Source of the DNA: an uncultured Acidimicrobiia bacterium
Lineage (GTDB): Bacteria > Actinomycetota > Acidimicrobiia > IMCC26256 > JAENVU01
Reading direction: 5' to 3'
Assembly (NCBI GenBank): GCA_963847815.1
Contig: CAWKBF010000003.1
Span: forward strand, 970,935-1,034,934
Length of the DNA: 64,000 nucleotides
A program made the position numbers and the translations under genes. Each line of letters starts with the position of its first letter. The stretch's first letter is position 1. The notes below the pieces were generated by a model, which saw only the letters and a program-made list of their open reading frames with translations, was not told the DNA's origin and did no database searches. Positions 29,245 through 40,115 of the stretch are shown piece after piece.

Positions 29245-29349
29245 CAGTGCTTCCCGCCTCGTCCGTCCCTGGTGTCTGTCATGGCGGTCACCCTACGACC
29301 ACTGGGCCGGGGCCGCGTCAAAGGACCGGTGGTTCTTGCCGCAGCGTGG

Positions 29350-30867
29350 TCAGCGACGAGCACGGGGGAGCAGCGCGTGGATGGCGTCGAGCGTGTCGGC
29401 GTCGGCGGGCGACTTGTCGTCGCGGTACCGACGCACCCGGGCGAAGCGCAACGCGACGCCGCCGGGATAGCGCGTCGAGACCTGCGCGCCATCGAGCGCG
29501 ATCTCGACGACCTGCTCCGGCCGCACGAACACGACATGCCCGTCGCGGTGGGTCTCGAGCTCGAGGAACCGCTTCGTCTGCCAGGCGAGCAGCTCGTCGG
29601 TGAGCCCCTTGAACGTCTTGCCGACCATCACCGGTTCACCGTCGGGTCCGAGGGCGCCGAGGTGCAGGTTCGACAGCACTCCCCGGCGTCGGCCCGAGCC
29701 CCATTCGACGCCGAGGACCACGAGGTCGAGCGTGTGCACCGGCTTGACCTTGCGCCAGGCCTTGCCGCGCCGTCCCGCCCGTAGGTCGACGTGAGTGACT
29801 TGACCATCGCGCCTTCGTGCCCTGTCGCGAGCGCATCGTCGAGCAGGTGCTGGGCGACGTCGGCATCGTCGGTGCGCACCGAAGGGATGCGCGAGAGCGC
29901 AGGGATCGTGTCCATTGCCGCGATCCGGGTCTCGAGGGTCTCGTCGATGAGGTCACGGCCATCGAGGTGCAGGATGTCGAACCACGACGCGTCGAGCGTG
30001 ACGGGTCCAGGGCTCGAACGCCGGCCAAAGGTGCTCGCCGAGTCCTGAAACGCCTCCGGCAGGCCTTCCTCGGTCACCCCGATGACCTCACCGTCGAGCA
30101 CCACGGACTCCAGCGGGAGCGCGCGCAGCTCGTCGACGACCGACGGCATGCGATCCGTCACGTCGTTGAGGTTGCGCGTGTAGAGGTGCACGTCGTTGCC
30201 GAGCCGATGGGCCTGGATGCGGACACCATCGAGCTTCCATTCGACTGACGCGGGTCCGGTAGTGCTGAGCGCGTCGGTGACGTCGGTCGCGGTCGCGGCC
30301 AACATGGGCTGGACTGCGACGCCGACCGTGAGGTGGACCTCCTCGAGTGCCGCGCCGCCACCGGTCCTCGCGCGCCGCGCGGTCTTGGGAAGGTCACCAC
30401 TCAGCATCGCGGCGCGGCGCACCAGCGTGACGGGCACGTCGGCCGCGGCTGCGACCGCGTCGGTCATGAGGCCCGCGAGCGCGCCCTGGCGCAGCTCACC
30501 GGTCAGCAGAGCCCCGACGAACGTGGCCTCCTCCGTCGTGAGACTCTCACCGAGCTCACGGATGATCTCGGTTCGCCGAGCCTCCGATCCGGGCCCGGTG
30601 CACGCCTCGAGCCGCATGAGCGCGTCGTCGAGCTCCCCGATTGACAGCGTCGGCCCGTTCGCGTGCCCCGACAGCGCGGAGGCCCGTGCCCACCCGACGC
30701 CGATGCGACCCTGGCGGGGTGCCCCCGTGAGCCACGCGACGGCGACGACGACCTCGTCCGGATCGAGCGCCCGTAGGAGATCAGCCAGCGTCGCAACCTT
30801 GGCCTTCCGCGACGACGTCGCGCTCGAGCGTTGTCGAGGTGGCGACCAGATCCGCGAGCAGCGTCAC
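29350..30867 (-). CDS. ligB: ATP-dependent DNA ligase, LigB type; frameshifts near 30830 and 29780
   Basis: [26 protein letters not shown] (motif I), [34 protein letters not shown]. Confidence 0.9.
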
Positions 30868-30870
30868 TGC

Positions 30871-32389
30871 TCAGGCGACGTGGACCCACGACGCGACCGA
30901 CGGGGTGCCGTCGGCGCTGCGGACAAAGAGCATGTACCAGCCCGGCGGCGTGAAGTTGTGGTTCGCCGGGATCGTGAGCGTCGCGCCGGTGGCCGTCGCG
31001 CTCGAGACGTCCAGGTCGATGCTGCGTTGGTCCGAGTCCGAGGAGTGCGTCACTGCCGACGGGCGGATCAGCACCGCCGAGCTGATCGGCCCGCCTGTGG
31101 CCACCGGGAAGCCCGTGCCCCAGGTGACCTCGGTCGGCGCGGTGGTGATGGTCGGCCGCGCCTTGGTCATGTAGGTGGGGGAGTAGATCTCGAGGTTCAT
31201 CTCGAACGTGCCGTTCCTCGGGTTCCCGCCGAACGTGAGCACCCGGCCATCCGGGAGCAGGAGCGCGCCCGAGTGGTAGGTGCGACCGATCGATGCATTC
31301 GGAGCCTTGCTCCAGGTCATCGTCTTCGGGTCGAGGATCTGCGTCGTCTTCACGGGCGTGCTCGTCGCATTCATCCGGTACCCGGTCGCTCCGCCGGTCT
31401 GCAGCACCCGGCCGTCCGGCAGGATCACCGCGCTGACGTACATCTTCGCGGCGTCGATCGGTGGCCCTGCGGTGTAGGACGGGTTTGGCTTGCTCATGTC
31501 GATCACCGCAGTCGACGCGACCGCGATGTCCGAGGTCGACTCTTGCCCGCCACCGATGATCATGACCTTCTGCGCCTGCGCCGGCGGGAGCAGCACGCTC
31601 GCGGCCTGGTCGCGCTTGTCGACGTTCAGCGCGGCATTGCCGTCGATCCACGTGACCGTGTTGGTGTCGGTGTCCCACCGGTAGGGGCGGGTGTTGGGTC
31701 CGGCCGCGAACACGTGCGCGCCGGAGTAGAAGAGGCGGCCGTCGGCGAGGAGGTGCATCGACGGGTAGAGCGGTGAGTACACCCCGATCCCGCTCGTCCA
31801 GGTGCCGATGGGTTGGTTGGTCGTCCACGTGCCCCGTCGAGGGGTCGTAGGTCTGCCAGGTGTTCGAGTGACGGCCCTGGTCGTCGAACCCGGCGAGGGT
31901 GACGAGCTTGCCGTCGGCACGTGAGACGACGGTCGGGTACCAGCGGCCGATCGTCATGTCCGGCGCGTCCTGGTACGTCTCGGTCACCGGATCGAAGATC
32001 CGGGTGCGCTTCTCACCCTTGTACGGGGTGCCGTTCGCCTTGTCTTCGTACGCCGTGGTGCCACCGGCGACGAGCAGACGGCCGTCCGGAAGGAACGCGT
32101 GCCCGGCACAGAACATGTCGTACGGAGTCGTGATGTCCGACCGCAGCGTGCCGGTCGTCGGGTCGTAGATCGCGGTCTTGAACGTGCCGGACGCGAACTG
32201 GGCCGGGTCGTTGCCCGACCCCGCGATCAGGAGCACCTTGCCGGTGTGCATCAGCGCGGCGTGCACGGCCCGAACCGGTGATGGCGTGGAGCTCGTGCTC
32301 CACGTGCCCTCGCCGCAGGCGGCCGCAACGAGCACCACAACCGCAACGGCTCCCAGCAGCCGGAGGCGTCCCTCTGCCCGTGATCTCAT
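30871..32389 (-). CDS. Copper-radical oxidase (galactose oxidase/GlxA-like, AA5) lipoprotein; frameshift near 31835
   Basis: Lipobox VAAAC, MFCAGH (Cys), GRWYPT, LYPSMH (Tyr), RTYHSGA (Tyr-His), SAVTHS (His), PPGWYMLF. Confidence 0.9.
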
Positions 32390-32502
32390 GAATGTCGCCA
32401 CTTTCGCCCGAACCGCTCCAGACCTTCCGTTCCCCGGCGTGACGGTACCGCAGGTTGCTGGCGAAGCTCAGCGCCGGTGTGAAAGTCCCAACGCTCCGTG
32501 CT

Positions 32503-35500
32503 TCACGTCACGGAGAGCAGCATTGCGACGATCCGGTCGACGTCGGACTGCTCGCTCGGAGCTCGGGCGGCACTCGCTTCCGACCGGAGCTGGTCGGCCC
32601 GAGCCAGGAGCTGGTTTGCCGCCTCTCCGTGCTCGGCGAATGCCTCCGCCGCGGCGAGCCCTTCGAGCGCCAGCGGGACGGCGCGAGGGTGCGCGACCGT
32701 GCTCGCGTGCTCGTGGCTCTCGTGGTGCCACGCGGCCGCGCCGTTCGCGTCGCCACGAGCTTCGGCAACGAACCCGAGCACCGACGTCGCGGCCGCGAGC
32801 CCGGCGGGCACGTCCAACGGTGAGGTTCCACGCGAGAACGAGCTGGAGAACCTCGTTCCCGCGCCGCGATACAGCTCGAGGGCTTCGCGTGCGTCCTGCT
32901 CAGCCTCGTCGAGTCGCCCTTGTCTCCGTCGGAGGTCGGCCAGCGCGACCAGCGCCTGCGCCCGGACCGGATCGGCCGAGAGCTCGACCGCGCGGGCCAG
33001 TGCTGCCTGGAGGAGCTCCTCCGCGTCGTCATCCTCTCCGTGCACAGCGACGGCGCCGAGCCGCGCGATGAGCGCGACTTCGAAGCGGAACATGCGGAGC
33101 GCGGACGCAGTGTCGAGCGCTTCGCGGAGCAGCGTGCGGGCTGCTGCCACGTCGCCCAGCAGCTCGTCGAGCTCGGCGACGAGGTCGTTGCAGATGGCGG
33201 CCATGAACTCGTCGCCCACGTCGCGGAACTGAGGTTGCACCTCGCGCAACAGTCGCTGGAACGTCTTGATGTCACCGTCGGACTGCAGTGCAACCCCGGC
33301 GCGCAACCACGTGCGAATGGTCTGCAGCCACGGCGTCTCGCCGGCGGTCTCCGCGAGTGCCAGCGCGGTGGCGTTGATCGCTGCCGCCAGCTCCCGGTTG
33401 CCCATCTCCGCAACGACCTGGGATTGGAACGTGAGCGCGTACGCGGTCAGCATGGGATCGCCGTGTCGGCGCAGCTGCTCGATGCCGGGCGCGAATGCGT
33501 CGTCGCCTTCGCCGTGATGGCCGGTCAGGTAGCCGAGAAACGCATGCCAGACGAGCGCCCAGCCTTCGGCGAACGGGGTGGTCTCGCCGGGGAGCGCCAA
33601 CGCGATGTCGAGCCACCGGAAGCCGTCCCGCGCGGCACCAGTCACCCAGCGGTGCAAGGCGACGTCTCCCGCAATCGCGATCGCGAGCTCCTTCTCTTCG
33701 GCCCCGACCGCCCACTCGAAAGCGATCCGCACGTTGTCCTGCTCGGCCTGCATCGTGTGGTGCCACCACCGTTGCTCGATCCCTTGGAACGCCGCGCGAC
33801 CTTGACCACACAGGCGCGCGAAGTGCTCCGTCGCGCGCCGAAGGACCTCGTCGGCCTCACCGCGCTCGACCAGCTGCTCACGGCCGTACTGACTCAGGGT
33901 CTGCAGCATGCGAAAGCGCGGTCGGATGCGGGAGCGATCGAGGAACACGAGGGACTTGTCGATCAGGCCGGCGACGAGCTCGGCGACGTCGGCGGGCTCG
34001 ATGTCGGCGTCGCTACAGACGGCTTCGGCCGCGGCCATGTCGAACCCCCCGACGAGCACCGAGAGCCGCTCGAACCCGCGCCGCTCGTCGTCGAAGAGGA
34101 GGTCGTAGCTCCATTGGACGACCGCGCGCAGGGTCTGCTGGCGCGCCATCGCAGTCCGGGCACCGCCGGTGAGCAGCCGGAACCGGTCGTCGAGCCGCTC
34201 CGCGATCTGCGCGACGGAGAACGCCCGCGTTCGGGCCGCGGCGAGCTCGATGGCCAAGGGCAGTCCGTCGAGCCGCAGTCCGATCTCGCCGATGATCTCC
34301 CGGGTCGGCGCATCGGCGACGAAGGCCGGGTCGACTGCGGTCGCGCGCTGGATGAACAGCTCGCACGCATCCGGTGTCGCGAGCGGTGGGACCGGCCAGA
34401 CGGTCTCGCCCGCGACGCGCAAACCCTCGCGACTGGTGGCGAGGACGTGCACTCCGGCGCACCCGGCGAGGAGGTCCTCGGCGATTCCAGCGGCTGCGTC
34501 GATGAGGTGCTCGCAGTTGTCGAGGACCAGGAGCAGATGCTTGTCGGCGCAGTGCCTGCGCACGCTGGTCGCGGCCTCGACGTCGCTCTCGGGCAGGTCG
34601 AACACCGCCGCGATCGCGTCCGCAACTGCTGCCGGGTCACGCACCGGCGCGAGCTCGACGAGCAGCACGCCGTCGTCCCATTGGTCGACCAGGGCCTGAG
34701 CCGTCTCGATCGCGAGAACGCGTCTTCCCTGCGCCGCCGGGACCGACCAGCGTGACCAGGCGACTGCGGGTCACGAGGTCCACGAGCTCGCCGACGTCGC
34801 GCTCGCGACCCACGAGCGCGCGTGAGCTGCGCCGGCAGGTTGGTGCGGGGCCGCACGGCCGACGGCGACACCATCGAAAGGCCGAGGCCGGGCGGGACCA
34901 GCGCGGGATCCTGGTCCAGGATCGCGGTTTCGAGCGCCTGCAATGCGGGGCCGGGGTCGAGACCGAGCTCTTCGGCGAGCACCTCGCGCGCGTCTCGGTA
35001 GGCGCCGAGCGCGTCGGCCTGACGGTTCGAGCGGTAGAGCGCCAACATCAGCTGGCCGCGCAGACGCTCGCGGAATGGGTTGCGCTACGACGAGTGCTTC
35101 GAGATCTCCGAGCAGCTGTGCGTGCCGGCCGAGGGCAAGCTCGGCGTCGACGCGCTCCTCGGCCGCGCTCACCCGGAGCTCCTGCAAGCGGACGATGTGG
35201 GGCTGGGCGAATTCCTCGTAGGCAAAGTCGGCCAGGACTGGTCCGCGCCACAACGAATCCGCCGCCGCGTACCGCGCGGCTGCGCCTTCCAGATCTCCGC
35301 GTGCGGCTGCGGCCCGGCCGTCGGCCACGCCCGCTTCGAATCTGAACACGTCGATCTGCGCCGGATCGAGCGTGAGCACGTAGCCCGGGGGCTGCATCAC
35401 GACGATCTCGGTCGAGCCGAGCGCCTTGCGCACCTTCGAGACCATGCGCTGCAGCGAGTTGGCCACTCCGGCCGGTGGATCGTCGTGCCACAGGCCTTCG

Positions 35501-35640
35501 GCGAGGTGATCCGTCGAGACGACGTTCCCGCACTCCAGAGCGAGCATCGCCAACACGGCTCGGAGCTTCGCCCCCGCCACGGGCCGCGCGACTCCATCGA
35601 TGCCGTGCACCTCCAACGGCCCGAGAAGTCGTATTTCCAA
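32503..35640 (-). CDS. AfsR/SARP-type regulator (wHTH-BTAD-STAND NTPase-TPR); about 3 frameshifts in 34700-35080
   Basis: IRLLGPLEV, ALYRSNRQADAL, LGLDPGPAL, TNLP, TLVGPGGAGKT, LVLDNCEHL, LDGLPLAIELAAAR, QQTLRAVVQWSYDLL. Confidence 0.9.
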
Positions 35641-35656
35641 GGACCCGACCGTACCG

Positions 35657-35689
35657 GGTCAGTGGCGGGTCAGCGGGTGGCCGCACGCT
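35657..35689 (+). promoter_or_regulatory. SARP-like direct repeats GGTCAG-N5-GGTCAG plus a -10-like CACGCT
   Basis: GGTCAG at 35657 and 35668 (11-bp period); CACGCT 10 nt after the last repeat. Confidence 0.65.
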
Positions 35690-35695
35690 GAACGC

Positions 35696-36010
35696 ATGTC
35701 TCGCAGGGAACGACAGGTCCGGGAGCTCCGAGCGCTGTGCGAGCGCGGTCCCGTCAGCCGCGCCGTCGACCTCGCGTTCGAGCACTTCGCCGACTTCGGG
35801 CGCAACGACGAGGTCCTCGACCTCATCGCGGCGGCCATCGCGCGAACGCCCGTGCCGGCCGCGGTCCGCCGCCGCTTCGTCGACCTGCAGTCGCCGCGCC
35901 GCTTGACGGGCGAGGTCAGCCCGGGTCAGCGGCAGGTCAGCGGCCGGGCGCAAGGTCATCCCATCGCAACCAACGACCGCACCACGAAGGGAACACCCCA
36001 TGTCCAGTGA
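35696..36010 (+). CDS. Small hypothetical protein divergent from the SARP regulator (3' end uncertain)
   Basis: MSRRERQVRELRALCERGPVSRAVDLAFEHFADFGRNDEVLDLIAAAI..., helical pattern; ATG 6 nt after the -10-like hexamer. Confidence 0.55.
   Translation: MSRRERQVRELRALCERGPVSRAVDLAFEHFADFGRNDEVLDLIAAAIARTPVPAAVRRRFVDLQSPRRLTGEVSPGQRQVSGRAQGHPIATNDRTTKGTPHVQ
35914..35956 (+). promoter_or_regulatory. Second SARP-like box (GGTCAG x3) plus a -10-like CAAGGT
   Basis: GGTCAG at 35914, 35924 and 35935; CAAGGT 10 nt after the last repeat. Confidence 0.65.
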
Positions 36011-36734
36011 TCTGCACACCACCCCCGCCCACCGAGCTCCGATGAGCTCGATGCGCAAGATCGCCCTCGCCGCCGGCGTGCTCTACCTCGTCACCTTCCT
36101 CGCATCGATCCCGGCGCTCGGTCTGAAGGGCCCCGCCCTGGACCACGCCAACTTCGTCCTCGGCGCCGGCTCGGAGGCCAGCGTGGTCTGGGCTGCGCTC
36201 CTGGACACCATCACCGCACTGGCCGGGGTCGGTGCCGCGGTGGTGCTCTACTCCGTGGCGAAGCGCTCCAGCCAGATCGGTGCGATCGGATACGTCACCA
36301 GCCGGGTCATGGAAGCCGGGATGATCCTGGTCGGGGTCGTCAGCCTCCTCTCGCTCGTCACACTGCGGCAGGACGTCACGCCTGGTGATGCCGCCTCCTT
36401 CGTCGCCGTCGGCAAGTCGCTCGTCGCGATCCACAACTGGACGTTCCTGCTCGGCCCGAGCCTGATGGCTGCCCTCAACGCGCTGTTCCTCGGTTCGGTG
36501 ATGTACCGGTCCCGTCTCGTGCCTCGGATCATCCCCACGCTCGGGCTCGTCGGTGCACCGATCCTCCTCGCGTCGACGGTCGCCACGATGTTCGGCGTGT
36601 GGGCGCAGTCCTCGGTCGCAGCCGGGATCGCGGTGCTTCCCATCTTCCTCTGGGAGCTGTCGCTCGGTCTCTGGCTGACGTTCAAGGGCTTCAACGAAGG
36701 CTCGGCCATCCCCGAAGGCGACGGTGCCGAGTGA
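36000..36734 (+). CDS. DUF4386 family membrane protein
   Basis: AGVLYLVTF, SRVMEA, MYRSRLVPRII, PIFLWELSLGLWLTFKGF. Confidence 0.85.
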   Translation: MSSDLHTTPAHRAPMSSMRKIALAAGVLYLVTFLASIPALGLKGPALDHANFVLGAGSEASVVWAALLDTITALAGVGAAVVLYSVAKRSSQIGAIGYVTSRVMEAGMILVGVVSLLSLVTLRQDVTPGDAASFVAVGKSLVAIHNWTFLLGPSLMAALNALFLGSVMYRSRLVPRIIPTLGLVGAPILLASTVATMFGVWAQSSVAAGIAVLPIFLWELSLGLWLTFKGFNEGSAIPEGDGAE

Positions 36735-36787
36735 CGCACGCGACCTTCACAGCCTCGTCGTCTGAGATCTCTCCACACGGCAACGCG

Positions 36788-36817
36788 AACGCCGCCGCCC
36801 GTTTGGGCGGCGGCGTT
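36788..36817. terminator. Hairpin terminator after the DUF4386 gene
   Basis: AACGCCGCCGCCC-GTTT-GGGCGGCGGCGTT, 13-bp perfect stem. Confidence 0.7.
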
Positions 36818-36855
36818 GTCGCGTTGGAAGAACGCTGACCGGTAGCGTCGCCGAC

Positions 36856-37740
36856 ATGCAGACCTTCACGTTCTCCGGCTCTCTCGCGGATCGCACCGTG
36901 GCGCGGATCGGCTTCGGCGCGATGCAGCTTCCAGGTCCGGGAGTGTCCGGCCCGCCGCGTGACCGCGACGAGGCGCTCGCGGTGCTCCGGCGTGCGGTCG
37001 AGCTGGGGGTCAACCACATCGACACCGCGCAGTACTACGGGCCGAACGTCGCCAATGAGCTGATCCACGAAGCGCTGCACCCGTACCCCAGCAACCTGCT
37101 CCTGGTCTCCAAGGTCGGAGCGGTGCGCGACGCGCAGGGTGGCTGGCTGCCGTCCCAGGCACCCGCGGACCTTCGGGCCGGGGTCGAGGACAACCTGCGC
37201 ACCCTCGAGGTCGAGCAGCTCGGCGCGGTGAACCTGCGGCGGATGCCCGATCGCGAGCTGCCCGACGGGCTCGACCCGGTACCGCTCGAAGACCAGCTCG
37301 CGGAGATGGTCGCGCTGCGCGACGAGGGCAAGATCGCCGGAGTGGGCATCTCGAACGTCGGCATGGATGACGTCCGGACCGCGGTCGACACGGCCGGCAT
37401 CGTCTGCGTGCAGAACCCGTTCAGCCTCCTGGACCGTCACGATGCCGACGTGCTCGAGCTGTGCCGTCAGCAGGGGATCGCGTACGTGCCGTTCTTTCCG
37501 CTCGGGTCAGCGTTTCCGGGCCTGCCGAAGGTCACGGAGAACGATTCGGTGCGCGCGGTCGCGGCGCGCGTCGGCGCCACACCGGCGCAGGTCGGACTCG
37601 CGTGGCTGCTCGCGCACGACGACAACATCTTGTTGATCCCGGGCACGTCGAGCCTCGGCCACCTCGAGGAGAACATCGCGATCGGCGAGCTCACGCTGTC
37701 GAATGACGATGTTGCCGAGCTCGACGCAGCACGCGCCTGA
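36856..37740 (+). CDS. Aldo/keto reductase
   Basis: IGFGAMQL, HIDTAQYYG, SKVG, GKIAGVGISN, LIPGTSS. Confidence 0.92.
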   Translation: MQTFTFSGSLADRTVARIGFGAMQLPGPGVSGPPRDRDEALAVLRRAVELGVNHIDTAQYYGPNVANELIHEALHPYPSNLLLVSKVGAVRDAQGGWLPSQAPADLRAGVEDNLRTLEVEQLGAVNLRRMPDRELPDGLDPVPLEDQLAEMVALRDEGKIAGVGISNVGMDDVRTAVDTAGIVCVQNPFSLLDRHDADVLELCRQQGIAYVPFFPLGSAFPGLPKVTENDSVRAVAARVGATPAQVGLAWLLAHDDNILLIPGTSSLGHLEENIAIGELTLSNDDVAELDAARA

Positions 37741-37761
37741 AGCAGAGCGCGGCTGTGGTGA

Positions 37762-38166
37762 TCAGCGCTTGGCCTGGGCCTCGTTCAGCTTCACCGCAGC
37801 CTTGACGAGCGCCTTGAACGCCCGCGCGTTGACCTTGGCCTTCTCGTCGAAGTCGATGGCCCGCCGCGTGTTCCCTTCAAGGCTGGAGTTGAAGAGGCCC
37901 GACGGATCGTTCAGTGACGCCCCCTTGGCGAAGGTCACCTTCACGATGCGCTTGTAGGACTCGCCGGTGCAGACGATCCCGTCGTGGTACCAGGTCGGGA
38001 CGCCTCGCCACTTCCACTCCTCGACGATGTCGGGATCGGCCTCCTTCACCAGGGTGCGGAGTCGGCTGAGCGTCTCGCCCCGCCAGTCGCCAAGCTCCTC
38101 GATCCGTTCGTCGATCAGCTGTGCCGGAGACTTGGCCTGCTCTGCCCCGCTCTTCTTCGCGACCAT
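37762..38166 (-). CDS. DUF1801 family protein
   Basis: DWRGETL, EEWKWRGVPTW, FNSSLEGNTRRAID. Confidence 0.88.
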   Translation of the reverse strand: MVAKKSGAEQAKSPAQLIDERIEELGDWRGETLSRLRTLVKEADPDIVEEWKWRGVPTWYHDGIVCTGESYKRIVKVTFAKGASLNDPSGLFNSSLEGNTRRAIDFDEKAKVNARAFKALVKAAVKLNEAQAKR

Positions 38167-38240
38167 CGTTCGTCCTTCGTCCGGGAGGCTCGGTGAGCTG
38201 GCACATCGCCGATGCACGAATCTACCGAAGCTCGCTCCCG

Positions 38241-38723
38241 TCAGTCCTGCACCAGCGCGACCGTCAGGCTCACGAATGCCGCGGTGGTCGCGAGGGTGCG
38301 GACGAGGTTCCAGCGCGCCCATCGCGCTTCATCGAACCGCCGGCGAGCTTCGGCCAGGTCGTTGATCGAATCCGGGTCTCCGGCCGCCTTGATGGCGTCG
38401 TTCAGTGGGACGTTGACCGCGACGGTGATGATGACCACGACCACGTAGAGGACGAAGGCCGCGACGATCCAGGCGACGATGGATTGCCCGTTGTCACCGA
38501 GGTGCAGGAGTGCGGCGGCACCGGTCAGCACGAGTGCACCGATGAAGACCGGGATGAACCACACGTTGAGGATCGCGTGGTCGATCGATTGGAACGCACT
38601 GACGAACGTGCGGTCGTCGGTGCGGGCGAGACCGGGCATCAGCGTGTGCGAGTAGAGACCGAACACGCCGGCCATGAGCCCCATCGCGATCGTCGCCACC
38701 ACGAGCGTCACGTCCTCGAGCAT
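38241..38723 (-). CDS. DUF1772 / anthrone oxygenase family membrane protein
   Basis: GLMAGVF, MPGL, VNVPLND, WARWNLVRT. Confidence 0.88.
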   Translation of the reverse strand: MLEDVTLVVATIAMGLMAGVFGLYSHTLMPGLARTDDRTFVSAFQSIDHAILNVWFIPVFIGALVLTGAAALLHLGDNGQSIVAWIVAAFVLYVVVVIITVAVNVPLNDAIKAAGDPDSINDLAEARRRFDEARWARWNLVRTLATTAAFVSLTVALVQD

Positions 38724-38803
38724 GTCCACACTCCTTGTCCGGACCGTGGCCAGTCTGACCCAGTGGCGTGAGTCGATCGCGTCGTCCGGGTACCGTCCGG
38801 AGC

Positions 38804-39355
38804 GTGGGCACGACTCGATACGCGGCGTTGCTTCGGGGCATCAACGTCGGTGGGCGGAACCCGGTGTCGATGGCCGAGCTGCGCGAGGCGTTCGAATCCG
38901 CCGGGTTCGAAGCCGTGAGCACCTACATCCAGTCCGGCAACGTGCTGTTCGCAACCAACGCGCCGCGCGCGTCGTTGGAGGACGAGCTCGAAGCGATGCT
39001 CGAGCGCCGCTTCGGCATCCCGCTCGTCGTGGTCGTGCGGTCACACCAGCAGCTCCGCAACGTCGTCGCGCGCGCTCCTACCGGTTTCGGGACCGCGCCT
39101 GACGCCTATCACTCGGACGCGATCTTCCTGAAAGGCCCGCTGACGCCCCGGCAGGCCATGCGTGTCGTCAAGCTGCGAGAAGGCGTCGACCAGGCGTGGC
39201 CGGGGACCGGCGTTCTGTACTTCGCCCGCCTGTCGGAACGGCGGACGCAGAGCCAGATGTCGAGCATCGTCGGGACCCCCGAGTACCAGCGGATGACGAT
39301 CCGCAACTGGAACACCACGACGAAGCTGCTCCGCCTCCTCGACGAGCCTCGCTGA
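38804..39355 (+). CDS. DUF1697 family protein
   Basis: YAALLRGINVGG, TYIQSGNV, TIRNWNT. Confidence 0.92.
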   Translation: MGTTRYAALLRGINVGGRNPVSMAELREAFESAGFEAVSTYIQSGNVLFATNAPRASLEDELEAMLERRFGIPLVVVVRSHQQLRNVVARAPTGFGTAPDAYHSDAIFLKGPLTPRQAMRVVKLREGVDQAWPGTGVLYFARLSERRTQSQMSSIVGTPEYQRMTIRNWNTTTKLLRLLDEPR

Positions 39356-39391
39356 CCCGTGGATCGCTCTGCAGCCGAGTTGAGTCTTCGA

Positions 39392-40009
39392 TCAGGCTCG
39401 TCGTGCACCACGTTGGGCGTCGACATCGATCGGACTTGGAGCGACGACCGGCATCAGTGCTCCCAGCAGCGCGCCGAGGCACGCGTCGCGAAGCTCCTCC
39501 CGTGAGATCGACTCGTGCTCGAGCCACTCCACGCACAGCACGCGGACGAACACGAGCCAGCTCATCAGCACCGCAGACACCGCCTCGGGGCGATCGACGG
39601 CGATCGCGTCGACGAGCCGCGTCCGGATCACCGCGAGCTCGTCCGAGATGATCGCCTGGATGGTGGGGTCTCCTGCCAGCACCCGGTTCGCGGCGAGCAC
39701 GGTGTTCCGGTTGGCGATGAAGTAGTCGATGTGGGCGTCGAGCCCGGCCGACACCTGTTCCTCGAGCGGTCGAGCATCATCGAGCTCGGTCGTCGCGATG
39801 AGCTGCGCAGCCGCCTGCTCGTAGACCGCCGCGAACAGGTCGCGCTTGGACGGGAAGTGGCGGTAGAGCAGCGCACGGGAGACGCCGGCCCGTTCCGCGA
39901 CGTCTTCCATCAGCACGTCGTCGTAGGCATTCGCGGCGAACAGCTCCGCGCTCACATCGATCAGGCCGCGACGGCGTTCGTCGCGCGTGAGCCGGCGGCG
40001 AGTGGCCAT
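39392..40009 (-). CDS. TetR-family regulator
   Basis: RRRLTRDERR, VAERAGVSRALLYRHFPSKRDL. Confidence 0.92.
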   Translation of the reverse strand: MATRRRLTRDERRRGLIDVSAELFAANAYDDVLMEDVAERAGVSRALLYRHFPSKRDLFAAVYEQAAAQLIATTELDDARPLEEQVSAGLDAHIDYFIANRNTVLAANRVLAGDPTIQAIISDELAVIRTRLVDAIAVDRPEAVSAVLMSWLVFVRVLCVEWLEHESISREELRDACLGALLGALMPVVAPSPIDVDAQRGARRA

Positions 40010-40020
40010 CCGCCGCACCC

Positions 40021-40079
40021 TAGTTGACGTCTGTCTACTACGAGCTCTACGCTCCGAGCGTTGGTAGACAAACGTCTAC
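40021..40079. promoter_or_regulatory. Two TetR-type operators GTWGAC-N4-GTCTAC
   Basis: TAGTTGAC-GTCT-GTCTACTA (40021-40040) and GTAGAC-AAAC-GTCTAC (40064-40079) between the divergent tetR and DUF4345 genes. Confidence 0.75.
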
Positions 40080-40115
40080 TCCGGGCCGATCGCACACCGA
40101 ACCGAGGGGCGGACC

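Noticed and set aside
30503-32401. 632-aa ORF suggesting an oxidase-ligase fusion
   Set aside because: After about 31835 it is out-of-frame, Arg-rich nonsense; the true oxidase C-terminus is in ORF 30871..31920.
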